Shown: positions 24,683 to 37,319 of the stretch, in pieces
Position numbering within the stretch: the stretch's first letter is position 1
Layout of the letters: every line of letters begins with the position of its first letter
Position numbers and translations under genes: made by a program
Notes under the pieces: generated by a model
What the model was told of the DNA's origin: nothing
Seen by the model: the letters and a program-made list of their open reading frames with translations, nothing else
Database searches by the model: none
Source: Octopus sinensis
Taxonomy: Eukaryota
Direction of reading: 5' to 3'
Length of the DNA stretch: 64,000 nt
Assembly: GCF_006345805.1 (NCBI RefSeq)
Contig: NC_043020.1
Location: 14,694,001-14,758,000, forward strand

Positions 24683-25493
24683 TAACCCTTTTGATACCAA
24701 CCCGCCTGAAACCGCCTCTGGCTCTGTAATACAAATGTCTTGTTTTCAAAAGATCTGAATTAAAATCTTCCACCAAACCTTAGTCACAATTTATGTTCTT
24801 AACACTAGCTTAATGATGACTACGTTATTTTACTAAATTCTTTGTTATATTTAAAGTAATTGAAAGAAACACAGAGTATCTCAACAGAAATATGGTAACA
24901 AAAGTGTTAAAACAGATGTAAAAATGAATGATATATAAGTATCAAGACACCTTAAGCCACTGCTAGTTCTTCCTGTCTTAACCATTTTGATACCAACCCG
25001 CCTGAAACTGTCTCTGGCTCTGTAGTACAAATGTCTTGTTTTCAAAAGATCTGAATTAAAATCTTCCACCAAACCTTAGTCACAATTTATGTTCCTAACA
25101 CTAGCTTAATGATGACTACGTTATTTTACTAAATTCTTTGTTATATTTAAAATTAATTGAAAGAAACACAGAGCATCTCAAAAGAAATATGGTAACAAAA
25201 GTCTTAAAACAGATGTAAAAATGAATGATACATAAGTATGAAGACATAAGCTAGTTCTTCCTGTCTTAACCATTTTGATACCAACCCACCTGAAATCACC
25301 TCTGGCCCTGTAGTACAAATGTCTTGTTTTCAAAAGTTCTGAATTAAAATTTCCACCAAACCTTAGTCCTAATTTATGTTCCTAACACTAGCTGAATGAT
25401 AACTAAGTTATTTTACTAAATTCTTTGTTACATTTAAAATTAATTGAAAGAAACACAGAGCATCTCAACAGAAATATGGTAATGAAAGGGTTA
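24683..25493. repeat. Tandem triplication (periods 296 and 288 bp) of a piggyBac-type MITE plus spacer
   Basis: Outer ends are TTAA-CCCTTT and AAAGGG-TTAA; the three near-identical units start at 24683, 24979 and 25267. Confidence 0.8.
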
Positions 25494-25959
25494 ATAAATG
25501 AACAAAAAAAAAAAAAAGAACAAAAACAATCAGAAATAAAATGTTATTTCAGCTGTGTAGCAGGAGTATTCAGCAATCACCTGATGTTGCAATTTGCTTG
25601 AAACATGATTAAAAAAATCTGACCAATCATGACTTTCTATGGAATAGCATCCAATGATAATCTCGTTTTTTGACATGCTCCCTTCTCAGCCTATCAACCA
25701 GTATAAATTTGACACACTGTGACTTCTTGACAGAGAGATATGGAATGCATCACAGGGAGCATTGAGAGGCAGCTTAGCATTTAGTATGTGAAATGGTGAA
25801 GAGGAGACATCAGACCAGACACAGAAGACAGTAGCAGAGTAGCAGCTGACAATGCCAAACCCATGAATAACTGGTGACCACAACACAATGACCAGCAGCC
25901 ATATTTTGGACAGCTGCTTCAAGCACATCAACCCAAGAACAAGTATCTCCAAACTCTCT

Positions 25960-26184
25960 CTCTTTTACTCTTTTACTTGTTTACTTGTTTCAGTCAGTTG
26001 ACTGTGGCCATGCTGGAGCATCGCCTTTAGTTGAGCAAATCGACCCCAGGGCTTATTCTTTGTGAGCCCAGTACTTATTCTATCGGTCTCTTTTGCCAAA
26101 CCGCTAAGTGACGGGGACGTAAACACACCAGCATCAGTTGTCAAGCAATGCTAGGGGGACAAACACAGACACACACACACACAC

Positions 26185-26230
<46 letters not shown>

Positions 26231-26392
26231 GACAGGCTTCTTTCAGTTTCCGTCTACCAAATCCACTCACAAGGCATTGGTTGGCCCAGGCTATAGCAGA
26301 AGACACTTGCCCAAGATGCCACGCAGTGGGACTGAACCCGGAACCCTGTGGTTGGTTAGCAAGTTACTTACCACACAGCCACTCCTGTGCCT
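25960..26392 (-). mobile_element. tRNA-SINE family 1 copy
   Basis: Full-length consensus match. Confidence 0.85.
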
Positions 26393-26557
26393 CTATGGAC
26401 ATTTTGTCATTCGTAGTACCAACAGCTGTATTCAAAGAGACAGAGAGTGCACGTAGGGACTGGAAAGATTTATTTCACATAAGCTGAGGTAACTGAAGCA
26501 ATTTCTGAGGAATTAAATGCTAAAGCAAAATACAAGAACATAAAGTTTAATGCTTAC

Positions 26558-26954
26558 CTTGCATAAAAGCAGTAACTTTACAAAGAAATTCTCCATAAAT
26601 CCAAAGACGGTAGATAAGCATGGCCACAGCCATTGGCATACAAATCAAAGTGACGCAAAGATCAGCTACAGACAGGTTGAACAGAAAGAAATTTCTCGCT
26701 TTGCACCACGACACATCTTTTAATACTGACATTATGATGAGGATGTTGCCAGTGAGGGCTGTGGCAAAAATAGGAATGTACAACATAACAAGAACAAAGT
26801 CTTGAAAATTATTGAATAAATAGAAAGTTTCGGTAAATTCTTGGAGGATATTGTGAGCTCCTGTGAAATTATAAGCAGCAGATTGCATCCATAGGGTAAA
26901 ATTTTTCCTCTGAAGTAGTTTTTTGTAGGCAGTAAACTCTGAAAACTGGTCCAT
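26558..26954 (-). CDS. First coding exon of a class A (rhodopsin-like) GPCR, peptide-receptor type (N-terminus, TM1, TM2, half of TM3)
   Basis: ACCATGG start with an in-frame upstream TGA, two N-F-T sequons, TGN (N1.50), NLSVADL (D2.50) and WIYGEFLCK (C3.25). The exon ends ATG CAA G|GTAAGC (phase-1 donor at 26557). Subfamily cannot be assigned from this exon alone. Confidence 0.92.
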
Positions 26955-27015
26955 GGTTATCAGAGATTGGTGTGGATGTGGACGTCACCAGAACAGATCT
27001 GAAGAAAGAAATTTT
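26955..27015 (-). other. Splice acceptor and 44-nt 5' UTR portion of the GPCR exon
   Basis: Minus strand TTTCTTTCTTCAG|ATCTG with the exon starting at 26998; this implies a non-coding exon further upstream. Confidence 0.65.
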
Positions 27016-28379
27016 AAAAAGTTAATTCAAAATCCACCATTATTAATTCAAGAAAAGATGTCAGTTTAGATCTACAATTAAACCTAGATAAAGAACTAAC
27101 CAAATTATTCCAAGCAATTCAACTTCTGGAATAGTTCTAATTGTTCTATCAATGAATTTCAACCATCTTTTAAAACTGGATCTCTCAATATTAATTTTGG
27201 TAATAAACATTAAAATAATTTGTTTTTAATTTAGGTATAAGGCCAGCAATTTTGGAGCAGGTGATGGTGCTAATGGAGTCAGTCAGTATCAATGACAATC
27301 CCTGAAGGATGAAAGGTAAAATTGATCTCAGCAGGATTTGAACTCAAAATGGACTGGAATACCACAAGGCCTTTTGTCTGATACTCTATCAATTCTGCAA
27401 GCTAGCTGCTCCCATAACTTTGTAAATGATAAATAATATCAGACATTGCGCAGGCATGGCTGTGTGGTTAGGGAGCTTGCTTCCTAGCTACATGGTTCGG
27501 GTTCAGTCCCACTGCGTGGCACTTTGGGCAGGTGTCTTCTACTATAGCCCCGAGCCGACCGGAGCTTTGTGATTGAATTCGGTAGGTGGAAGTTACTGCC
27601 GTGTGTGTATTTGTGCGTATAGCTCCTCAGTGCCTCTCCGAAAGAGAGAAAGAGGGATTGCCTTTCACTATCTGTTTCAGATGTCTGTGAGAAGTTTCAT
27701 GTCACATTAAGCAATATTTTGTAATTAAAAAAAAAAAGATTTCTTTCCCTGAATTAGAATCCCAGATCAAACCAGACACCTACCTCAACTTATATATGTT
27801 TAGACCTTATACCGCAAGCCAGTAAGATACTTATTCAAAGAGACACAGGACTTACTTGTGTTAGAAATAATGAATTGTCCCTCTTTGTCACATATATTTA
27901 TATCTGAGTAGACTTTACTCGTTAAGATATCAACACTTCACTTAATTAGATAACGCTCTAACAACTTGGCTGACAACAAATTTAAGTTCTGCTCAGGTTT
28001 CATACTAACACTGTTTCTAAAATAAGCACAAAGGCCACATATTTTGGGGGAGAATATAGAGAATTTAATTTAACCCAATATTTGACTTGTATTTTATTTC
28101 ATCTACACCAAAAGATGAAGTGTTTATTCTCTTATTCTCTTGTTCTTTTACTTGTTTCAGTCATTTGACTGTGGCTATGCTGGAGCACCGCCTTAAGGGT
28201 GTTTAGTCGAAGAAATCAATCCCAGGACTTATCCTTTGTAAACCTACTATTTATTTTATCAGTCTCTTTAGCCAAACCACTAAGTTACAGGGGACGTAAA
28301 CACACCAACATTAGTTGTCAAGCAATGGTGGGGGGACAAATGCAGACACAAATATATACATTTATATATATATATGATA

Positions 28380-28791
28380 TTGGGTAACCCTATAAATAAT
28401 GTGGTTTTTCAATTGCATGAACTAAAAGTCGGAGCGAGGACAGGATAAACTACCTGCATCAACTTGCTATAAAAGCAGGTACTAATTTTACCTTGTACTT
28501 ATTCGTAGTGCAAGCTTTGAAGAGTGCAGTTCGATTTTAACAGTTATTTTATCAAAGCTATAATGGAATTGACAAAGGAGCATATTTGGCATATTTTGCT
28601 TTAAAAGTTCAATAAAGGTAACAACACAATGGAAAGTGTGAAGAATATTGATGCAGTATATGGGGATTGGACAATAAGCATAAGCCAGTGTCAATGAAGG
28701 AGAGTATATTTTAGATTTAAAAATAACTTTGTTTATCTTAATTTTGAAAAATAAAAGAAGTATAAAAACCCACATTATTTTGGGGATGACT

Positions 28792-28794
<3 letters not shown>
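28380..28794 (+). mobile_element. Internally deleted mariner element
   Basis: TA-flanked imperfect TIRs TTGGGTAACCCTATAAATAATGTGG / CCACATTATTTTGGGGATGACTCAA. N-terminal relic MELTKEHIWHILL*KFNKG..NIDAVYG starts at 28563. Confidence 0.8.
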
Positions 28795-28841
<47 letters not shown>

Positions 28842-28849
28842 ATCATGGA

Positions 28850-29312
28850 AATAGTAGTTGTGATACCTATGCTGGTGGCACATAAAACGCACCGTCCGAA
28901 CGTGGCCAATGCCAGCGCCGCCTCGACTGGCTTCTGTGCCGGTGGCACATAAAAAGCACCATCCAAACGTGGCTGATGCCAGCACCACCTCGACTGGCTT
29001 CTGTGCCAGTGGCACATAAAAAGCACCATCCGAACGTGGCTGATGCCAGCGCCGCCTGGACTGGCTTCCGTGCCGGTGGCACATTAAAAGCACCAACCAA
29101 TCGTGGCCGATGCCAGACTCCCCTGGCACCTGTGCTGGTGGCACGTAAAAAGCACCCACTACACTCACAGAGTGGTTCGCGTTAGGAAGGGCATCCAGCT
29201 GTAGAAACACTGCCAGATCAGACTGGAGCCTGGTGCAGCCCCTGGCTTCCCAGACCCCGGTCAAACCGTCCAACCCGTGGAAAACGGACTTTAAACGATG
29301 ATGATGATGATG
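28850..29312 (+). mobile_element. RTE 3' end with expanded 67-bp internal tandem repeat
   Basis: Units start at 28936, 29003 and 29070; (GAT)n tail at about 29297. Confidence 0.8.
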
Positions 29313-30056
29313 ATATATATATATATATTTGATGGACTTCTTTCAGTTTCCGTCTACCAAATCCACTCACAAATGTTTGGTTGGCTCAAAGCTAAGGTAG
29401 AAGACACTTGTTCAAGATGCTATGCAATGGGATTGAACCTGGAACCATCTGCCTTTTTATTTTTCTGACAATAAGAAAATATAAGTTTATTGTTCATGTA
29501 GTAAGTTACGAAATTCCTACATTCTCTGGATTTCTTGTAATTCAGACCACATGTTCCCAGCAGACAAGATGGAATAGCAAGGAAGCAAGGATAGCAAGGG
29601 AGATGTAACGGAACCTCTACTGTGGCCCACAAGGCTTCCACTTGCGGATAGCCATTTTCACTCTGATAGCAGTGAGGGGGATATGGTCAGGGGACTGAGA
29701 ATACCGGAGGCCCCCACTGCCACAGGCTGAATCTTAGATCAGAGAGTGACTGATACTTTGAGAGTTTGCTATTCTCAGCCAGATGAGCAATGGAGCCTGG
29801 GCTGGTAGCTGAACACACCAAGTTGCCACTGGAGAAGGTGTCATATGTGGCATCCCAGATGAGTGGGGTCTAAGATCGGTTGGTGCTGTTTACGTGTATG
29901 TTAAAATGAATATGATTATGATGATCATTATTATTTAATATCTGTCTTCCATGGGTTGAATGGTTTAATAGGATCGTACGAGTTGTGGGCCAGCATTGTG
30001 CTCCAGTATCTGCTTTGGCATGGTTTCTGCAGCTGGATGCTTACACTAACACTTAA

Positions 30057-30277
30057 CCCTTTAGCATTTAAACTGGCCATATCCGGCCAAAAGTATTCTG
30101 CCTGTTTTATGTTCAAACTGGCCAGATCTGGTCTCTCACACCAACCCTACAATATCGTCTTAAAAATTGACAGCTACCTCATCAAAATCTCATTGCTACA
30201 AGATAATGCATGATTAGTTCAAAACAATGTGGATGTAAAAGGATTAATTTAGGCAGAATAATGCGAACACTAAAGGG
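30057..30277. mobile_element. piggyBac-type MITE family 2 (221 bp)
   Basis: TTAA|CCCTTTAG ... CTAAAGGG|TTAA, inserted in an old RTE 3' UTR. Relatives lie at 36670-37057, about 56720-57200 and 57552-58309. Confidence 0.8.
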
Positions 30278-30432
30278 TTAAAGCACCCATTTTATAGTGT
30301 ACAATAGGCTTTCTTTGATGCCAATGGCACAAGTGAGGTTGTCTTATAACTTACAAGACTAAGGCCCAAATTTGGCAGGGTTTGAACTTGGAACATAAAG
30401 GTCTGCTGTAACTATATACTGTAAAGAATTTT

Positions 30433-30559
30433 ATTTGATGCTAATGACTCTGTCATTCCACAGATCTTAAATTTGATGCTAATGACTCTGTCATTCCACA
30501 GATCTTAAATTTGATGCTAATGACTCTGTCATTCTACAGATCTTAAATTTGATGCTAAT
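30433..30559. repeat. 38-bp minisatellite, about 3.3 copies
   Basis: Unit ATTTGATGCTAATGACTCTGTCATTCCACAGATCTTAA, containing an AATGAC-TCT-GTCATT hairpin. Confidence 0.9.
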
Positions 30560-31057
30560 AATGAGTTGACAGGGCGAGAAATATATTGTTGGAATTCAAA
30601 AGACTTGAAAGTTAAGGATCTGAACTGATCTGAAGCTGAGTTAGGAATTAAATGAAATCTAGACAGGTTAGAAAGATGTTAAGTAGCTTAATTAGAGATT
30701 GATGTAATCCAAGATTATCAAGGGTATGCCGAGACATCTAAATAACATAAACATTATGTATATGTTAGATAGAGATTAATGCAATTAGGTCTGAGATTAT
30801 TGTTGAATATGATGATGATGAGGGGGAGGAGGAGGATGATGATAAGGATGTGGTGGAATGAAAACAGAAACCTGTAAATAGAAAAATGTGAAATGAAGAG
30901 AAATGGGAAGGTCATTGAGAGGATTGGAAAAAAAAAGTATAGGTTGTATAAAGGACTGAACCCACAACAGAAGTGAGGGCGGGGAAAAAGAGAGTACATC
31001 TTATACAATCATACACACACACACACAAATACACAGTGCAAAATTATGAAAACTAAG

Positions 31058-31096
<39 letters not shown>

Positions 31097-31187
31097 TTAT
31101 TTACTGTTTTGCACATTAATTAATCATTGTTATATGTTTTATCTTATATTTAATCTTTCTATAATATGTAATTTTTCTAAATGGTAT

Positions 31188-31402
31188 ACTCTTTTTACTC
31201 TTTTACTTGTTTCAGTCATTTGACTGTGGCCATGCTGGAGCACCACCTTTAGTCGAGCAAATCGACCCCGGGACTTATTCTTTGTAAGCCCAGTACTTAT
31301 TCTATCGGTCTCTTTTGCTGAACCGCTAAGTAATGGGGACATAAACACACCAGCATCGGTTGTCAAGCAATGCTAGGGGGACAAACACAGACACATAAAC
31401 AT

Positions 31403-31459
<57 letters not shown>

Positions 31460-31625
31460 TATGACGGGCTTCTTTCAGTTTCCGTCTACCAAATCCACTC
31501 ACAAGGCATTGGTCGGCCCGAGGCTATAGTAGAAGACACTTGCCCAAGATGCCACGCAGTGGGACTGAACCTGGAACCATGTGGTTGGTAAGCAAGCTAC
31601 TTACCACACAGCCACTCCTGCGCCT
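31188..31625 (-). mobile_element. tRNA-SINE family 1 copy (others at 34281-34685, 38462-38780, 39904-40283, 47033-47455, 49363-49793, 62656-63068)
   Basis: Consensus match. Confidence 0.85.
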
Positions 31626-31839
31626 ATTCTAGTACAGCAGGGATCACCACCACCCACTGCCGGAGCCACGTGGAGCTTTAGGTGTTTTCGCTCAATAGGT
31701 GTTTTCGCTCCGGTCTGGGAATCGAAACCGTGATCCTACGATCGCGAGTCCGCTACTCTAACCACTGGGCCATTGCGCCTCCACGTATAATTTAATTTTT
31801 GATTATTGAATTGATAAAAGGTGTTTTTTCTAATTTATA

Positions 31840-31928
<89 letters not shown>

Positions 31929-32031
31929 GACTGGCCTGGTGCAGCCTTTGGGCTCCCCAGACCCCAGTTGAACCGTCCAACCCATGCTAGCATGGAAAAC
32001 GGACGCTAAATGATGATGATGATGATGATGA

Positions 32032-32098
<67 letters not shown>

Positions 32099-32155
32099 GA
32101 GAGAGAGAGAGATAGAGAGAGAGAGAACAGTCGCCATATTTCATTCCATATTGGC

Positions 32156-32240
32156 AATCTCTGATGAGTGTAGGGTTATATAATCAGATTGCTACCTAAC
32201 ACTTCACTGTGCCCCTAGCATAAAACCAATTGGTAAGATT
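32156..32240 (+). ncRNA. Long-stem-II hammerhead motif, G12A (probably inactive); homolog of 2308-2391
   Basis: AATCT-CTGATGA-GTGTAGGG...CCCCTAGCAT-AAAA-CCAATTGG-TA/AGATT. Confidence 0.6.
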
Positions 32241-32742
32241 GGCTGTGTACATACATATATATGTATATATGCATATGTGTGTGTGTGTGCGCGCGCGTAT
32301 ATATATATATATATATGTATATGTGTATATACACACACATACATATATGTATATTTGTATGCATTTATGAATGGATAGAATATATACTTTGTGACCGATA
32401 CCAATGTCATGTAAGTAGAACCCAGACTGGTAGCATGTAAAAAGCACTTTTCGAGCATTGGGTCTCACGGAGGCAATGACAGATGACTGAGTCATTTGAT
32501 GATATGCTGGGCTTGAGAAGAGGTCCCTTCAAGCCAAGTGAAATCATTGTTGTGGCAGATACTGGGGTCATGCAACTGGCATCTGTACCGGTGGAATGTA
32601 AAAGTACCCATTAGACTCTTGAGGTGGTTTGACATAAGGAAGGGCATCCAGCCATAGAAACCATGCCAAATCAGACTGGAGTCTGATGCAGCCCCTCAGC
32701 TTACCAGCCCTGGTCAAACCATCTGACCCATACTAGCATGGA

Positions 32743-32744
<2 letters not shown>

Positions 32745-32794
<50 letters not shown>

Positions 32795-33210
32795 GTTTAA
32801 CGTCCGTTTTCCATGCTAGCATCGGTTGGACGGTTCAACTGGGGTCTGGGGAGCCAGTAGGCTGCGCCAGGCCCAGTCTGATCTGGCAGCGTTTCTACAG
32901 CTGGATGCCCTTCCTAACGCCAACCACTCCGTGAGTGTAGTGGGTGCTTTTTACGTGCCACCTGCACAGGTGCCAGATGAGGGTGGCAAACGACAACGAT
33001 TGGATGGTGCTTTTTATGTGCCACCAGCATGGGGGCCAGACGAGGCTGGCAACGGTCACAATTGGATGGTGCTTTTTACGTGCCACTGGCACAGAGGCCA
33101 ATCGGGGTGGCACTGGCAATGGCAATGTTCGGATGGTTCTCTTATGTGCCACCGGCACTGGTATCACAGCTACAATTTCCATTGATGTTTAATGATGATG
33201 ATGATGATGA
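32745..33210 (-). mobile_element. RTE 3' end, tail-to-tail with an older plus-strand copy (32420-32743)
   Basis: (ATC)n tail followed by the family consensus. Other copies lie at 13320, 21740, 24160, 36733, 46303, 56165, 56885, 58670, 60380, 62238 and 63825. Confidence 0.8.
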
Positions 33211-33921
33211 TATATACATATATACATATATGTATGTACATTCATATGTTTTTATGATTGCATTATATATATATATATATATACATACACACACATACAT
33301 AAATATAAATACAAACATACATATATATACGTACGTGTATGTATGTAAATATATATGTATGTATATATATATATATATATATACTATGTATATTAACCCA
33401 CTTGTTATTGACTGTCCAGCCTTCACTTCTGCCTTGCCCACCTGTATTTCTATCCATTACTCTCTCCGTCTCCACCAACCTCTCAATTACTCAGCTTCTA
33501 TATTTACCTTCTGAGACATGTTACCTAGCAACATGTCCAAGAAGATGATTAGAAGGGAAAGAGTTGAGAGACTAAGAATCGTAATGAATAGGTGAAGGTT
33601 GCAAGAGGGTATGACAGAAGCAGAGTAATTGGGTTGGAGAAGGGGAGGGCGTCGGTAGAGAAGAAGAAAGACGAATGGACAATGGTGAAAGTGATGGACA
33701 TTCATAGAGTGAAGACTCTTTAGTGCAGTGGGGTACAATGTCACCTTACAGGAGGTGGTACCACAATAAAATGCACCCAGTGTACACTCATTAAAGTGTT
33801 TGGTGAACAAGGAAGTAAAATGATGACGATGATGATGATGATGATGTGTGTGTGTGAATGCATGTATGTATGTATGATGACGATAATGCATACCTATGTA
33901 TATACATACATATATATATAC

Positions 33922-33982
<61 letters not shown>

Positions 33983-34139
33983 TATATATATATATATATG
34001 CACATATATGTGTGCATGTGAATGTATATATATATATATATATAACGGGAAAGTTTACGAAAATAAACAAAAGACGAAGGCAGGTGGAGTACAAACAAAC
34101 AAATGTATTGTATAGCGCTCAGGAATAGAATAGAAAAAG

Positions 34140-34177
34140 TCTTTTATGTTTTGAGCCTACGCTCTTCGACAGAAAGA
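34140..34177 (-). ncRNA. Decayed copy of the A6U hammerhead family
   Basis: TCTTT-CTGTCGA-A-GAGC(GTAG)GCTC-AAAA-CATA/AAAGA; both lesions are CpG-type transitions. Confidence 0.45.
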
Positions 34178-34202
34178 TACACAGTAAAAAACAAGGAGAG
34201 AA

Positions 34203-34282
<80 letters not shown>

Positions 34283-35286
34283 TCTTTTACTCTTTTACTT
34301 GTTTCAGTCATTTGACTGTGGCCATGTTGGAGCACCACCCTTAGTTGAGCAAATTGACCCCAGGACTTATTCTTTGGAAGCCTAGTACTTATTCTATCAG
34401 TCTCTTTTGCCGAACCGCTAAGCTACAGAGACGTAAACACACCAGCATCAATTGTCAAGCAATGTTGGGAGGATAAACACAGACACACAAACATATACAC
34501 ACACATATATATATATATATACATATATACGACAGGCTTCTTTCAGTTTCCATCTACCAATTCCACTCAAAAGGCTTTGGTTGGCCCGAGGCTATAGAAG
34601 AAGACACTTGCCTAAGGTGCCACGCAGTGGGACTGAATCCAGAACCATGTGGTTGGTAAGCAAGCCACTTAACCACACAGCCACTCAAAAACATGTAATA
34701 AATGCAGAAGCAGAAAATAGACATAGAAATTAACCAAATCCCCAGCCAGAGTGTCAAATGCAATGTGGTATCTTCAGCAATAATATTACTCCCCTTCCAG
34801 TGGCACCAGCGGCAATACACACACAGACACACACACACACACACAGATAGATAGATAGATATACATATATATTCATATATCACACTGACACACCAACACA
34901 CATTCACACACATACAGATACACACTACACATATACATATATATACATACATACACACACATATATATAATTGCAAAGTAATAAATAAAACATATGCATA
35001 TATACATACATATATGTACGTACCTACATCTATATGTATATATACATGCATATATATACAGGACACCAAAAAGCCGTCGAACACAATGAGAAACGAAAAC
35101 ATAAAAACAAAACCAAGGAAATGGACATTTTTCTTAAACAACGAAAAAACTATGTACAAGACATACAACACAAGGAAAATTCCCCTTCTTCAGCCGCCTC
35201 TGCTTCGTCTACTCCATGTATATATACATATACATACATACATACACACACACACACATACATACATACATACATACATACATACA

Positions 35287-35320
<34 letters not shown>

Positions 35321-35339
35321 CATATGGATATATATACAT

Positions 35340-35558
35340 ATGGACTTGCAGATCAACTCCATTTCACATACAATTAAATGGAAAATCATAGAAAAATTTA
35401 TACCATATGTTAATGTATCTAAAAAATACAAGTCAGCTGAAAGATTATATATCCTTTTTAAATCTAAGAATTTCACTATACTGCTGAATTCCAGATCAGA
35501 AATTTTCAACAAATGCAAACATATGGACAAGTTTCCTGGAGTACACCAACCTCTCTAG
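35340..35558 (+). pseudogene. Penelope-like element GIY-YIG C-terminal relic
   Basis: TIKWKIIEKFIPY..SK..ERLYIL..LLNSRSEIFNKCKHMDKF resembles the I-W-II..PY..SK..EK.IL..LN.RSE...KCRH..KF C-terminus of PLE ORFs (from recall; no search run). Confidence 0.6.
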
Positions 35559-36250
35559 ACTGTGCAGCTGTACTGGAAACTCTTTAGACCCTTTTTGTTG
35601 ATTCTACACCAACTAGCTTTATGGCTTTACGTAACTCTAATTCTCTTCTTTTTACTTTCTTCTTCCGTTTTTTTCACCCTTCCACTTTTTGCATCAATCC
35701 TCCTCTTATTTTTTGCTTGTGATTTCTCTTGTTCTATTGTTCTGATTTGTATATTGTATAGGCCATGTGCTCAGAGCCTAAAGATTGCTCAGAGACACTA
35801 GGTATATTATTAAAAACTGCCTAGACAATATCTCCAGTGTATGAAGCTATTAGCAGTTCATAATTACATACTATGTAGATTAAACAATATATATATATAT
35901 ATACTATATATATATATATATATATAATATATATATATATATATAATATATATATATATATAATAATAAGAGTAAATAATTTCTTTAATGATTTTTAAAA
36001 CCAACAATTATTTACTGGTAGATTTTGGCATGTAAATATAACCATTAACGGTAGGAACTTCTGTAAAGTTCAGTATATATATATTGTATATAAATAAAAG
36101 GGGCAGGCAACAGGTTGCTTAGCTGCATACCGAAAAAATTAGAAATAGCAGTCATAGACTGTTTATTCTATTTTCTACAAATGAGACTCCACATACGACA
36201 TATCCCTGTAATTCATATATGCAAAACAGAAGGAAGAAATATATAAATAT

Positions 36251-36290
<40 letters not shown>

Positions 36291-36669
36291 ACATATATAT
36301 ATTTATATATATAAACATACAGTTTGTTTGAGCTAAATTTGACGATCTTTTATGCCTCCCATTTTTTTTTCAGAAACATCTTGATGAATTGGTGAATAGT
36401 CAATGGCATTGGAAAGCATAAAGATTGAGAAAAAAGTTAGCTGACATGGAGGACAGGAAGCCATTGAGTATTGGAAAAAAGTTATCTGTGTCATGATGAT
36501 TCATGCTGGGCATCAAAATGTTGACTTCATGACTGCCGCTCAATGCTCTGTGAACACTGTAAAGGCTGTATGTTGTGACATGGACAGCTTTAACAGAGCT
36601 GTGACTAGCAAGAAGGGACAAAACAGATGTCCTGACTGCATCCTCCAATAATTTTGAAGAGGGCCTTAA

Positions 36670-37057
36670 CCCTATAACATTCTGATTATTTTGTTAAATG
36701 CATTGATTTTTCATTCATATTGTTTTTAATTATCATCATCATTATCATCGTTTAACGTCCATTCTCCATGCTAGCATGGGTTGGACGGTTCGACCGGGGA
36801 TCTGGGAAGCCAGAAGGCTGCACCAGGCTCCAGTCTGATCTGGCAGTGTTTCTACTGCTGGATGCCCTTCCTAATGCCAACCACTCCGAGAGTGTAGTAA
36901 AATTAATCGTGCATTATTTTGTAGCTTCAAAATTTTGATGATGTTATTGTATACCCTATAATGGTATTGCAGGATAGGTGTGATAGGCTGGATCTGGCTG
37001 GTTAAAGCATAACACAGCATATTTAGGTCAGATATGACCAGTTTAAATACTAAAGGG
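36670..37057. mobile_element. piggyBac-type MITE nested in maT, itself carrying an RTE 3' end (36733-36898)
   Basis: TTAA|CCCT...AAAGGG|TTAA; removing it restores GGC CTT AAG CTC AAT (GLKLN) of the transposase. Confidence 0.75.
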
Positions 37058-37319
37058 TTAAGCTCAATTCAAACAGTTATGTGAAGCAGCTAGAGACTGC
37101 AGTCAATATGGTCTTCTAGTGCGCAGCTGGAAGGCCATATGTGAAGCAGCAGGATTTGGCTTCTTGCTGTACCTTTAGAAAGAGTCAGAAGTGGTTGTTG
37201 GAGAATTTCTACAACTTCACCAGCCCCAGTTTCTGGCCTCTTATTTCCTGAAATTGTAATTCTATGGATTACTATGTGAGCAACGTGGTTAGAAAGACAC
37301 CAACCATTCTGCCTGAAAC

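Noticed and set aside
25573-25610. CTGATGT...GAAACATGATT hammerhead-like string
   Set aside because: A9 is mutated, there is no proper NUH site, and stem II is weak.
1-26546. Second GPCR coding exon (TM3 DRY onward)
   Set aside because: No matching ORF or DRY-like segment with splice sites was seen by eye; a very short exon could have been missed.
30433-30559. CRISPR-like palindromic 38-bp repeats (likewise the 139-bp satellite)
   Set aside because: No unique spacers, no cas genes and a eukaryotic context; these are plain tandem repeats.
31700-31785. tRNA-like sequences in SINE heads
   Set aside because: A/B boxes are present but there is no complete cloverleaf or acceptor stem, and they continue into SINE bodies.
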